A stretch of 64,000 nucleotides of DNA from a virus. Within the stretch, counting starts at the first letter, position 1. Every line of letters starts with the position of its first letter. Location of the stretch: the IMG/VR virus record IMGVR_UViG_3300037309_000059, positions 1 to 64,000 of that record; one strand, given 5' to 3'. The notes under the pieces were generated by a model. That model saw nothing but the letters and a program-made list of their open reading frames with translations. It was not told the DNA's origin and made no database searches. Shown piece after piece: positions 8,277-16,308 of this stretch. Position numbers and translations under genes: made by a program.

Positions 8277-9277
8277 GACTGGATGCGCGGGAAGCCCTCG
8301 CCGCGCGCCGTGGTGTCGATCTTCTGGAGCCGGCGGCCCTCGACAAAGGCGTTCCAGGCCCGCGCCATGCCGACCATGATCGACTGCTGGTCCTTCGACC
8401 GCAGATCGTTCGAGCGCAGGAGCATGTCACGCAGGGTCCAGGCGGGATCACCGACGCGGAGCCCGTCGCCCACGGTCAACTGATCGAGGAAGTCGTAAGC
8501 CAACTTGCGGTTGGCCTCGATGAACAGGCAGCCGAAGGCCGCGAGGATCGTCAGCGGCATGATCCGCCGATGACTCTTGCTGTAGGCATAGTCGGCGGCC
8601 CGCACGAGAACCGGGTGACGCTCCAGGATCGCCGCGGCCATCGCGGCGTTCACCCGGCTGTCCGGACCATTGACCCAGGGGAGGAGCCCGCGGTCGTAGT
8701 TGTTCACGAACCGCATGGCGCCGGCCACGACCTTGGCAAACTTCGGCTCAACCATAGCGCTCGTGACGAGATCGTCCGCGGTGTTCCGGCGCTGGTGCCG
8801 GTCCATCACGGCGAAGGCGCTGACCGGCAGGCCGAAGGTCACCTGATGGGTCAGCGTCACCCCGGACTCGATCTGCGCGTTGAGGCGGTGCTGGCCGTCG
8901 ATCAGGCTGCCCTCGACGTCGAAGGCCAGACCCTGGTGGGTCGAGAGCCAAGTGCCGGCCTTCATCGCCTCGGCCATCGCCTTGACGTGCGTCGGGCGGA
9001 GCGAGCGCTGCCGGCGCATGTTGATGAGGATCAGCTTCGCCTGGGCAGGCGTCACCTCGATCCGGTCCGTCCAGATGATGCCCTTGTGCGGGACGCCCAG
9101 GATGGCCTCGCCGCGCATGTTGCCAGCGGCGGCGCTGGTCTCGGTGATGAAGGTGGGCGCGGCCGTGGGCGGCGCCTTGGGCGCGACCTTGGGCTTGGCC
9201 TGCTTCGCCCTTTCCAGGGCGATGCTCATCACCGTCTTGGTCTTGTCGACAGACCCTGGCTGGTTTGTGAGTTCCAT
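8273..9277 (-). CDS. ParB/Srx-superfamily (ParB-like nuclease domain) protein
   Basis: The motif LIDGQHRLNA follows a conserved N-terminal beta-strand region, which is typical of the ParB N-terminal/DGQHR-type domain. Confidence 0.7.
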   Translation of the reverse strand: MELTNQPGSVDKTKTVMSIALERAKQAKPKVAPKAPPTAAPTFITETSAAAGNMRGEAILGVPHKGIIWTDRIEVTPAQAKLILINMRRQRSLRPTHVKAMAEAMKAGTWLSTHQGLAFDVEGSLIDGQHRLNAQIESGVTLTHQVTFGLPVSAFAVMDRHQRRNTADDLVTSAMVEPKFAKVVAGAMRFVNNYDRGLLPWVNGPDSRVNAAMAAAILERHPVLVRAADYAYSKSHRRIMPLTILAAFGCLFIEANRKLAYDFLDQLTVGDGLRVGDPAWTLRDMLLRSNDLRSKDQQSIMVGMARAWNAFVEGRRLQKIDTTARGEGFPRIQS

Positions 9278-9369
9278 TGTAGGGGACCTTTGTGGTTGGT
9301 CAGAAAGGGGGTGGGCTCGCCGGGTCCGCCCCCAACTTTTCAGCCGCCGGGACGACTATCGAGCGGCCA

Positions 9370-9636
9370 TCAGGCCGCCGGATAAGCCTCGCGGGCGATG
9401 GCGGCGTACTTCTCCCGCTGCGCCACCCGCTGTTTCGAGGTCAGCCACTCGCCCATCATGCGAGTCTTGCGATCAGACTCCCGAGCGGACACGCGGCTGC
9501 ACTGCTTGCAGTACGAGCTGAGTCCGGACCGATGAACCTTGGACTTGTAGAAGTCGTCGCTCGACTTCCGTTCGCCGCAGCAGGCGCAGACCTTGGCCTT
9601 CACCACGACCCTGGTGCGAAAGTTCTTCTCCGTCAT
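9370..9636 (-). CDS. zinc-ribbon-like small protein
   Basis: The product carries the Cys pairs CACCG ... CKQC, and its start overlaps the ERF stop. Confidence 0.45.
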   Translation of the reverse strand: MTEKNFRTRVVVKAKVCACCGERKSSDDFYKSKVHRSGLSSYCKQCSRVSARESDRKTRMMGEWLTSKQRVAQREKYAAIAREAYPAA

Positions 9637-10460
9637 TCCGCGACTCCCTGAATCGCCTGATCGGCAGGCTGCTGCCCCAGGCCCTCGATCTTGTCCGTGA
9701 CCATCCTGGTCAGTGCCGCCTGGGTGGCGGGCGGCAGCTTCTCGATCTTGTCCCGGTAGAGGACCAGGAGCCGATCGGCCCCGGCAGCGCTGGCGCTGGC
9801 GAGGTGGTACTGAAGGTTCTCGACGAAGCCCTTGGCCCTCAGCCCGCGAATGCTGAGCGGATCGGGCAGGTCGTCCTTCGGCGCACGCTCGGGCTCGGGC
9901 TCGCGCGGCCGGCGCGGTTCCTCGCGACGCGGCTCGCGTCCGCGATCCTGACCGCGCTGCTGGGTCGAGAACTCGCCCTCGGCCGCGGTCTCATTCGCGT
10001 CGTTGTCTTCCTCGGACGCGACTCCGCACAGTGCGGAAATTTGGTACCGGCGGGCGTAGGTGAGGCTGCCGCCCCAGGTCTGGACCGCCTTGCCCTCAGC
10101 CGGGAAAGCCGGCAGGTCCATGTGACTCTCGATCGACTCGCCGCTCGCGTGCATCAGGAGCGCGATCAGGCGGACCTTGCCGGTCTGCAGCACCTCGGTG
10201 CGGTGCGAGACCGCGATGCCGTTGCGCGACAGCGCCGGGCGGATCGCCGCCAGCACGTCCGCGAGGTCGGCGTAGTTGTAGCCGTACTCGATCCAGCGCC
10301 CGTCCCGGTTCACCTTCACGGTGGCCCGGCGCCGCTTGGGAATGTCGTCGAACTCCGACTGCGCAGCGGCCAGGGCCGCAGCCAGGGTCGGATGCTCCGT
10401 CGTGGTCTCTCGTACCGTTGTGCCGGAATCGTTGTCTTGCAACTGCATCGCTTTCATCAT
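9633..10460 (-). CDS. erf: ERF-family single-strand annealing recombinase
   Basis: The segment YNYADLADVLAAIRPALSRNGIAVSH ... LTYARRYQISALCGV is typical of the ERF family. Confidence 0.8.
   Translation of the reverse strand: MMKAMQLQDNDSGTTVRETTTEHPTLAAALAAAQSEFDDIPKRRRATVKVNRDGRWIEYGYNYADLADVLAAIRPALSRNGIAVSHRTEVLQTGKVRLIALLMHASGESIESHMDLPAFPAEGKAVQTWGGSLTYARRYQISALCGVASEEDNDANETAAEGEFSTQQRGQDRGREPRREEPRRPREPEPERAPKDDLPDPLSIRGLRAKGFVENLQYHLASASAAGADRLLVLYRDKIEKLPPATQAALTRMVTDKIEGLGQQPADQAIQGVAE
10412..10424 (+). promoter_or_regulatory. GTACCGTTGTGCC box upstream of the RHH gene
   Basis: This 13-mer is identical to 12272..12284 and lies 79 nt upstream of the plus-strand RHH start. Confidence 0.3.
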
Positions 10461-10502
10461 TGCCCTGTGGACCAGCCTGCACGTAAGGTGAACGCATTGT
10501 CA

Positions 10503-10682
10503 ATGCAGAAAGCTACCGAAATGCACGTCAAGCGAGATGCGCCGCTCAACCTTCGAGTCACCCGTGCTGAGAGGGAGGCCATCGCCTCCATGGCTCGCCG
10601 CGAGGGGCTGCCAGTGGCGACCTTCATCGTCTGGTTGCTCAAGAAGGAAGCCGAGCGGCGCGGGGCTGAGTGGCCGACGTGA
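10503..10682 (+). CDS. ribbon-helix-helix (CopG-like) protein
   Basis: The product reads MQKATEMHVKRDAPLNLRVTRAEREAIASMARREGLPVATFIVWLL. The palindrome GCATTG-T-CAATGC (10494..10506) overlaps the ATG. Confidence 0.6.
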   Translation: MQKATEMHVKRDAPLNLRVTRAEREAIASMARREGLPVATFIVWLLKKEAERRGAEWPT

Positions 10683-10891
10683 TCGACGGCCCGCCCACGG
10701 TCACCCCGCCGGGCAGGCACGAGTGGATCGAGGCGATGGACGGAAGGGCGGCGTGCCGCCTGTGCGGAGCCCTGCGGCGCCGTGATGGCCGTGACTCGTG
10801 GTGCGAGGGTGTGCCGCGGCCCGGTCATCGCAGGAACGACCAGATGCGCAGGATCGCCCCGGCCGATTCGATCGAGTCGACGACGCAGTAG
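10670..10891 (+). CDS. hypothetical small Cys-containing protein
   Basis: A GTG start overlaps the RHH stop. The 3' end overlaps the convergent VRR-NUC gene, so its extent is uncertain. Confidence 0.35.
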   Translation: MADVIDGPPTVTPPGRHEWIEAMDGRAACRLCGALRRRDGRDSWCEGVPRPGHRRNDQMRRIAPADSIESTTQ

Positions 10892-11403
10892 CCGTCGCCG
10901 CAGTCGTCCTGCGCCCACACGGCCCAGGTCGCCTGTTCGTCGCTGACCGCGGTGTCGACCTTGCATTCGAGCCAGCCCAGGAAACCAGGTCTCCTGGCGC
11001 ACAGGTCCGGCGTGCCACGCATGTAGCCCATGTCCCGCCGGATCGTGGCGCGCAGGGTCTGCAGCTTGCCGCCGCCGGGCAGCTCGCCGTTGGTCCCGAA
11101 CAGCCGGGCGCCGGGCCGCAGTAGCGGCCGGAAGATGCGGACGATCTCGACCTGCAGGCGCTGCTCGGGCTGCAGGCGGGCCATGGCCCCAGGAGAAAGA
11201 CCGCGGGGTTCACGCACATCGTCGCTCACTAGACACCCGCTGGCCCCGGCGACGTTGACGGCTGCAACCGCTGCGCGTGCTTGTTCGCCAGCCGTAGCCC
11301 CGCGGCGGCTGACACAGGAGTCGGGAGCGGGAGGGGATAGGCGCCGGCCGGTCACGGGGTCGTAACCGCGGGCGCGCAACTCGCTTTCGGTCAGCCTCAG
11401 CAT
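10825..11403 (-). CDS. VRR-NUC domain nuclease
   Basis: The segment MRGTPDLCARRPGFLGWLECKVD carries PD-(D/E)XK residues in the VRR-NUC arrangement. Confidence 0.75.
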   Translation of the reverse strand: MLRLTESELRARGYDPVTGRRLSPPAPDSCVSRRGATAGEQARAAVAAVNVAGASGCLVSDDVREPRGLSPGAMARLQPEQRLQVEIVRIFRPLLRPGARLFGTNGELPGGGKLQTLRATIRRDMGYMRGTPDLCARRPGFLGWLECKVDTAVSDEQATWAVWAQDDCGDGYCVVDSIESAGAILRIWSFLR

Positions 11404-11627
11404 GGAGCGCGCTGCTCCATGTCGAGCCTGAGCGTGTCGAACTCGATAACCGTCGCCGCCGCGTCGGCCTTCCAGCGGTTGTCGATCTTGTGCTTGCGGG
11501 AAAGGTCGGCGGCCTTCTTCACCACCCGGCGGAAGCGGTCGACGCCGATGACGTCCGCATGGTCCATCCAGCGCGGATAGGTCGAGGATATCCGCTGCAG
11601 CCGGATGCGCAGCTCGACCTCATTCAT
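11397..11627 (-). CDS. hypothetical protein (76 aa)
   Basis: ORF in the track, coupled to its neighbours. Confidence 0.45.
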   Translation of the reverse strand: MNEVELRIRLQRISSTYPRWMDHADVIGVDRFRRVVKKAADLSRKHKIDNRWKADAAATVIEFDTLRLDMEQRAPC

Positions 11628-11848
11628 TGCCGCACCTTCGCCGCGGTCATCGCCTCGATCACGGCACGCAGGCGATTCAGCTCATCGTTGAGCTGGGCGA
11701 TCTCGATCTTCTGGTCTTCCTCCACCTCGGTCTGCAGGAGGCGCTCTACCAGCGCCGCGGTGACCGTCGCCGGCACCCCGACCTCGATCAGCCGGGCGAC
11801 CGTGTAACCATGAACCCGAATCTCATCGCCGCAGACCCGGATCGACAT
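11624..11848 (-). CDS. hypothetical protein (74 aa), first gene of the early operon
   Basis: ORF in the track with a coiled-coil-like C-terminus. Confidence 0.45.
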   Translation of the reverse strand: MSIRVCGDEIRVHGYTVARLIEVGVPATVTAALVERLLQTEVEEDQKIEIAQLNDELNRLRAVIEAMTAAKVRQ

Positions 11849-11870
11849 GGGTCACGATCCGCTGCGACGG

Positions 11871-11899
11871 GAAAAGCCCCGCCGGCCCAAGCCGGCGGG
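11871..11899 (-). terminator. intrinsic terminator just upstream of the early operon
   Basis: On the minus strand the hairpin CCCGCCGGC-TTGG-GCCGGCGGG is followed by GCTTTTC. Confidence 0.55.
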
Positions 11900-11967
11900 T
11901 AGGCTCCTTGGGAGGAATACAAACGGCGAACTCACGGCATTGCACCATGAGGGTCGGCCTTGCCGTA

Positions 11968-12026
11968 CCGACCGGGGACCCCTCCCCGTCCTGTGCCCAC
12001 AGGCTCGGCGAGGGGTCTCCGGTCGG
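11968..12026. other. long stem-loop (17-bp stem with a nested hairpin)
   Basis: CCGACCGGGGACCCCTC (11968..11984) pairs with GAGGGGTCTCCGGTCGG (12010..12026). There is one G-T position, and an inner CCTGTG/CACAGG hairpin. Confidence 0.6.
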
Positions 12027-12122
12027 AGCGAAAAAGCGCCCCCACCGCACATGGCGGCAGGGGCAGGCATATCGGGGAGTTCACAAGCGGCTGGTGGCGA
12101 CGGCCGCACAACCGGGTCACCA

Positions 12123-12182
12123 CCAGACCGCCAGCAGCCTCGCCCGCAGGAGGCAATGCGGGCGAGGCTGCTGGCGGTCTGG
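12123..12182. other. perfect 25-bp inverted repeat (stem-loop)
   Basis: CCAGACCGCCAGCAGCCTCGCCCGC (12123..12147) pairs perfectly with GCGGGCGAGGCTGCTGGCGGTCTGG (12158..12182) across a 10-nt loop. There is no U-tract on either strand. Confidence 0.8.
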
Positions 12183-12203
12183 TCGCGCAGGTATCGGCAT
12201 CAC

Positions 12204-12488
12204 TCAACCTTCTTCGCCCGAGGGTTGCGTGCTACCGTTGGTTTGGAACTTCGAGGTCTCCTTTACACTTGGTACCGTTGTGCCTAGGGTACTGTCCGGG
12301 GGATAGATGGCGAGGTCCAGCGCAACCAGGGTGGACGGCCTGGGCTGCCAATTATCCCTCTCCGCGTGACGCAACGCCCGCGGGCTGAGTCCAGCCGCGT
12401 CACTGACGCGCCTCAGCTCCGTCGGGCTTGCGCCACGGAGGTAGTCGCGAACGCGCTCTAGGGTCTGGATGACCGGATGGGGAACCAT
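12204..12488 (-). CDS. Cro-like HTH regulator
   Basis: The product reads MVPHPVIQTLERVRDYLRGASPTELRRVSDAAGLSPRALRHAE. It is divergent from the CI-like gene. An alternative upstream ATG at 12533 is possible. Confidence 0.55.
   Translation of the reverse strand: MVPHPVIQTLERVRDYLRGASPTELRRVSDAAGLSPRALRHAERDNWQPRPSTLVALDLAIYPPDSTLGTTVPSVKETSKFQTNGSTQPSGEEG
12262..12296 (+). promoter_or_regulatory. candidate rightward promoter with box CTTGGTACCGTTGTGCC
   Basis: The sequence is TTTACA-N17-TAGGGT, with the box at 12268..12284 in the spacer. It points through the Cro-like gene in antisense, toward the CI-like gene. Confidence 0.4.
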
Positions 12489-12496
12489 GCGCCAAC

Positions 12497-12515
12497 GGTA
12501 TTGCACTCTTGTACC
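12497..12515. promoter_or_regulatory. candidate operator in the divergent switch region
   Basis: GGTATTGCACTCTTGTACC has inverted GGTAY/GTACC ends, and it lies between the divergent HTH genes. Confidence 0.35.
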
Positions 12516-12536
12516 ATCCGCAAGCCGGAGCATGGG

Positions 12537-12998
12537 ATGATTCGCCCTGCCCGCCTTCCGCCCATGGACGTCAGCGAGCGGACCGAGGCCAGCTCGGTCG
12601 TCGATGCCTACGACCCCGATCGGGTTCGCGCCGCGATGCAGACCGCGATCGAGTTCCGCGGCACCACGCGCTCGGGCACCAAGCGCCTGACCGGCAAGGA
12701 CAGCCGGTGGGTCGACAAGTTCATTCGGGACCACAAGACCAGGGCGCCCCAGCTCGACAACGTGATCCGGCTGGCGAAGGCCCTGGGTCTCCTGGTCTCC
12801 CAGGTGATCGGGGAGCTGCCGCTCGAAGCGGCGCCCGCCGAGAACCTCAGTCGCGACGCGGCGATGCGACGTACAGAATCGGAGGCCGCCTGGGCGGTGC
12901 GCTACCAGAGCGCCGTCGAGGAGATGGCCCGGCTCGCCCGCGATCAGGCGGAAGCGCTGAGGCGCATCCAGGAGCTGGAGCGTCAGCTCGGCGGCTGA
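12537..12998 (+). CDS. CI-like repressor candidate (HTH plus coiled-coil)
   Basis: The ATG at 12537 lies 6 nt after a GGAG. The segment TKRLTGKDSRWVDKFIRDHKTRAPQLDNVIRLAKALGL is HTH-like, and the gene is divergent from the Cro-like gene. Confidence 0.55.
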   Translation: MIRPARLPPMDVSERTEASSVVDAYDPDRVRAAMQTAIEFRGTTRSGTKRLTGKDSRWVDKFIRDHKTRAPQLDNVIRLAKALGLLVSQVIGELPLEAAPAENLSRDAAMRRTESEAAWAVRYQSAVEEMARLARDQAEALRRIQELERQLGG

Positions 12999-13263
12999 TC
13001 TTGGCGCCGTCGACCTGAGCGATGACTTCGAGCGCGATCAGACGGCGCTCGATACACGCCTGAACCTCGCGGTATTCGGCGATGGCGCGCATCAGCTCGC
13101 CGTGCAGAATTTGTAACCGCAGCGACATTTTGTTGTTTCATCCCCAAGGGCCACCCAGGGGAGACCGATACTATTGGTCGATTGCGAGCGGCAATCGGAA
13201 AACGGCACGCGGTGCGTCTTTGCCGGTAGATTTAACACTAAAAAAACGTAGTACGAAAGTGCA

Positions 13264-13291
13264 TTGACCTTGGTACTGTTGTGCCATATCC
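13264..13291 (+). promoter_or_regulatory. candidate promoter of the rightward accessory operon with box CTTGGTACTGTTGTGCC
   Basis: TTGACC (13264..13269) is followed by the box (13269..13285) and then ATATCC. The setting is an AT-rich intergenic region. Confidence 0.45.
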
Positions 13292-13331
13292 CTGTCCTGG
13301 ACGCCGGTTGGCGTTTGCGGGAGGGACAAGA

Positions 13332-13382
13332 ATGGCTCGAAAGACGCTCAACCCCGAAACCCCGAGGGCGATTGCGCCATGA
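13332..13382 (+). CDS. 16-codon leader ORF
   Basis: GGGAGGG lies 6 nt upstream of the ATG. The product is MARKTLNPETPRAIAP, and its stop overlaps the next ATG (ATGA). Confidence 0.35.
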   Translation: MARKTLNPETPRAIAP

Positions 13383-13585
13383 GGGGTCTGGTCTCGCTGA
13401 CCTGCACTGATGGCGGTGACGCCCTTGTGAACCTGGGCAACCTGACGTTCGCGTTGGGCCACATGCGCGGCTCCACGCTGCACTTCACCGACCGTCAGCC
13501 GCTGATCGTCAAGGAGTCGATCCGGGCGATCAAACGCAAGGCCAGGGTTTCGCGCCTCGCGAAGTCGTTAGATACCTCGAAGTAG
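13379..13585 (+). CDS. hypothetical protein (68 aa)
   Basis: ORF in the track, coupled to the leader ORF. Confidence 0.4.
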   Translation: MRGLVSLTCTDGGDALVNLGNLTFALGHMRGSTLHFTDRQPLIVKESIRAIKRKARVSRLAKSLDTSK

Positions 13586-13597
13586 CAAGGGGGAAAG

Positions 13598-13759
13598 TTG
13601 AACCCTGGAATCCTGTCGAAGATCGGCATTGCGTTCATCGTGATGGCTTTCTTCACCGTCATCGGAAGGCCGGCGCTCGGCCTTCTGGTCCTTGGCGCCT
13701 ACTGCATTTGGATCAGCCGGCGCTTTGTCTTGGCAATCATCAAGGAGTATCTCAGCTAA
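13598..13759 (+). CDS. small two-span membrane protein (53 aa, TTG start)
   Basis: This ORF is not in the track. GGGGGAAAG precedes the TTG at 13598. The product is LNPGILSKIGIAFIVMAFFTVIGRPALGLLVLGAYCIWISRRF, and its stop overlaps the TerB start (TAATG). Confidence 0.4.
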   Translation: MNPGILSKIGIAFIVMAFFTVIGRPALGLLVLGAYCIWISRRFVLAIIKEYLS

Positions 13760-14199
13760 TGTTTGCTGCATTTCGGAAAAAGCTGACCGACGGCCTCGAC
13801 GCCGCGGTCGGCAAGTACGCGGCCGACGGTGACCTTCTCGAAGGCGCCATGGCGGCCTGCGCGATGATCGCGGCCTCCGACGGCCAGATCGAGGCGCAGG
13901 AGAAGGCGAAGACCGCCGACTTCATCCGCCGGCACGAGGCGATGCGCCACTTCGATACCGCGAAGGCGGCGGCGCTGTTCACCCGCTACGCGGGCGAGTT
14001 CGACTTCGACTTCGAGATGGGCGCCGACACCTGCCTCAAGCAGATCGGCGAGGTCCGCGGTGACGAGAAGCGCGTGCTGGTCATGCGCGTGGCGCTCGCC
14101 ATCGCGAAGTCGGACGGCGAGTTCGAGCCGGCCGAGAAGACCACGGCCGGGCGCATCTGCGACGTGCTCGGGCTCAACCGCGCCGACTTCGGACTCTGA
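13759..14199 (+). CDS. TerB-family protein
   Basis: Two TerB-type repeats are present: AMIAASDGQIEAQEKAK and LAIAKSDGEFEPAEKTT. Confidence 0.8.
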   Translation: MFAAFRKKLTDGLDAAVGKYAADGDLLEGAMAACAMIAASDGQIEAQEKAKTADFIRRHEAMRHFDTAKAAALFTRYAGEFDFDFEMGADTCLKQIGEVRGDEKRVLVMRVALAIAKSDGEFEPAEKTTAGRICDVLGLNRADFGL

Positions 14200-14210
14200 T
14201 CGAGGGGACC

Positions 14211-14510
14211 ATGAGGACCAACGCAATCTTCGCGGGCTTCACCGCGGTGGGGCTGGCGGTCGGGTCGATCGTCTTCGGTGGCTGGGTCATGTCCTGGCTG
14301 TGGGCATGGTTCGTGGTGCCCCTGGGCGTCACGCAGATCGGCGTGGCTCATGCCGTTGGCCTCATGGTCGTCGCCCGATGCCTGACCGGGTTCGCCGACC
14401 TGACGCAGCCCAGCGATGAGGAGTGGATCGCGGAGCTGGTCGCCAGGGGGTTCGCAGCCCCCGCGATCACCCTCGGGATGGGCGCCATCATCGCTTCCCT
14501 GATGAACTGA
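14211..14510 (+). CDS. membrane protein (99 aa)
   Basis: Three or four hydrophobic spans are visible. Confidence 0.55.
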   Translation: MRTNAIFAGFTAVGLAVGSIVFGGWVMSWLWAWFVVPLGVTQIGVAHAVGLMVVARCLTGFADLTQPSDEEWIAELVARGFAAPAITLGMGAIIASLMN

Positions 14511-14531
14511 GCCAATGAACTGGAGATCGAG

Positions 14532-14846
14532 ATGTTATCATTCCTGCACTACCGATGGGTGGTGCGACGCAACCTCGGCCGGGCGATCGCCTGCAACACC
14601 GGCGTGGCCGGGATCGTGAAGGATGCAGGTCTCTTGGGCTTCGAGCTGGAGATGATCGACGGTGACACCGTCCACTTCTCCTACGACGTTGTGAGCCGCA
14701 TCGTCACGGGTCCCGATCTGGCGATGATGTTCGTCGAGCGCCGTCAGGCGTTCGAGGACGCCAAGCGCAAGGGCAACGGCCCGACGCCCGCCATGTCCCA
14801 GGAGGAAATCCTGGCTGTCATGGCCGCTGCCGCGGGGCACGCCTGA
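14532..14846 (+). CDS. hypothetical protein (104 aa)
   Basis: ORF in the track. Confidence 0.5.
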   Translation: MLSFLHYRWVVRRNLGRAIACNTGVAGIVKDAGLLGFELEMIDGDTVHFSYDVVSRIVTGPDLAMMFVERRQAFEDAKRKGNGPTPAMSQEEILAVMAAAAGHA

Positions 14847-15018
14847 TGCCGACCATCGGGATTGCCAGTCTCACGGGCGCTTCGGTGACTGCGGCTCGCT
14901 CGACGTCTTGCTTGGCGTCGGCGAGCGCAGGCCGCGCGCCCATGGTCTCAACCCAAAGGCACGCCGGGATCGGCTCGCTCGGAGCCCGGTGGGGTCCATC
15001 CGGAAAGGGGGTGGCAAC

Positions 15019-15102
15019 ATGGGCGACGACTTCATCGGCGGGGCGATCGGCATCGCGACCTTCCTCGCCATCGTGGCCGCGATTCTCTCGGGCGCTCTGT
15101 GA
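15019..15102 (+). CDS. 27-aa single-span membrane peptide
   Basis: The product is MGDDFIGGAIGIATFLAIVAAILSGAL, and a G-rich Shine-Dalgarno-like stretch precedes the ATG. Confidence 0.35.
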   Translation: MGDDFIGGAIGIATFLAIVAAILSGAL

Positions 15103-15179
15103 GCGCCTGTGGGTCGCCGGTCTGGTCCTGATCGCCGCCGCCAACGCGGCGGCGATTACCCTTGGTTGGGTCTACTGAC

Positions 15180-15785
15180 ATGACGATCGGAACCGCAGCC
15201 GACCGTGCCAGGGCCATCTCGCTCGTCTCGCGCGAGTATGGCGGCCGGTATCGCACCATGATGTGCATCACCTGCAGCAAGTGCCAGGAGGAGCACTTTC
15301 GGGTGATGAAGCTCAATATGCCCGAAGTCGCTATCGCCCGATTCTACCGCGGCAAGGGCTGGGAGATCGACGACAAATGCGACCGGGCGATCTGCCCGAA
15401 CTGCACCTCTGCTGGAGCAAAGAAATCCGTGACCGACATCTCGATGGAGGCGCTTCGCCGCCAGCGCGAAGTCTTCGATCTGCTGGACAAGCACTTCGAT
15501 GTAAAGGCCGGCAGGTACGATCAAGGCTGGTCGGATGCCAAGATATCCCAGGAGACAGGACTAGCCCTGACCCTGGTCATCAAGAGCCGCGAAGCCGCCT
15601 ATGGCCCGATCCTGGACGATCCGGAGATCGCCGAGCTGCGCCGCGAGCTGGCGGAGTTCAAGAACAAGCTGGAGCAGGACATAGCCGACCTGCGCGAGAT
15701 GATGGACACCATCCAGAAGGCTGGTGCGGAGCAGATCGAGGAGTTGGGCCGGCGGCTGGCGGAGGCAACGCGGAGGGCTGCATGA
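15180..15785 (+). CDS. zinc-finger / coiled-coil protein
   Basis: The start is MTIGTAAD. The Cys pairs CITCSKC ... CPNC are followed by a C-terminal coiled-coil. Confidence 0.5.
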   Translation: MTIGTAADRARAISLVSREYGGRYRTMMCITCSKCQEEHFRVMKLNMPEVAIARFYRGKGWEIDDKCDRAICPNCTSAGAKKSVTDISMEALRRQREVFDLLDKHFDVKAGRYDQGWSDAKISQETGLALTLVIKSREAAYGPILDDPEIAELRRELAEFKNKLEQDIADLREMMDTIQKAGAEQIEELGRRLAEATRRAA

Positions 15786-16051
15786 AGCGCAAGACCCCTA
15801 CCGATCGCGATCGGGAGGCGCTGGCATCAGCCATCGAAGCGCGGCGGCGCGCGGCATCGGCCCAGCCCGAGCCGCGCGTCCGAACGCGCAAGGGACCGAA
15901 GAACCACAGCGTGAACCACGAGCGCTCCAGGGCGGACGCCGCGAAGGCCCGCCGTGGGCGCGAGCGGCAGCGGGAGAACCTCGCCGCGGTTCGAGATCAC
16001 AAGAGCAAAGCGCGAGCCTATTGGGCTGGCCTGACGGATGAGCACCCATGA
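15782..16051 (+). CDS. basic small protein
   Basis: The start at 15782 is an ATGA overlap, and the product is Arg/Lys-rich. Confidence 0.45.
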   Translation: MKRKTPTDRDREALASAIEARRRAASAQPEPRVRTRKGPKNHSVNHERSRADAAKARRGRERQRENLAAVRDHKSKARAYWAGLTDEHP

Positions 16052-16308
16052 TTACCGTGACCATCAGCATCAACGACCGGACGATCCTGGCCCGCAGCGC
16101 CTGCAACGTCGGGTTCGCCAGCAAGCCCGGCTGGTGCCGGTACGAGATCGACGACGGCCGCATGATCGAGCACGACCGGGCGGCGGGTGCGGTTGCGCTC
16201 GCGATCGAGATGCTGACCGGCATCAAGGAGCCGGGCCTCGAACGGTTGAGGGACTCGATCCGCGCCGCGGTTGCCGCCGCAGCGAACGACGGAGACGCCC
16301 ATGGATGA
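16048..16308 (+). CDS. hypothetical protein (86 aa)
   Basis: ORF in the track with a coupled start. Confidence 0.5.
   Translation: MITVTISINDRTILARSACNVGFASKPGWCRYEIDDGRMIEHDRAAGAVALAIEMLTGIKEPGLERLRDSIRAAVAAAANDGDAHG

Noticed and set aside
12123-12182. The perfect 25-bp hairpin as a rho-independent terminator.
   Set aside because: No U-tract follows the stem on either strand. It was kept as a structured RNA/DNA element of unknown role rather than a terminator.
12847-13128. A 93-aa minus-strand ORF convergent with the CI-like gene.
   Set aside because: The first roughly 45 residues look protein-like, but the remainder is Arg/Pro/Ser-rich. That remainder lies antisense to the well-formed 3' end of the CI-like gene, and no Shine-Dalgarno sequence is present. 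The evidence is insufficient to call it.
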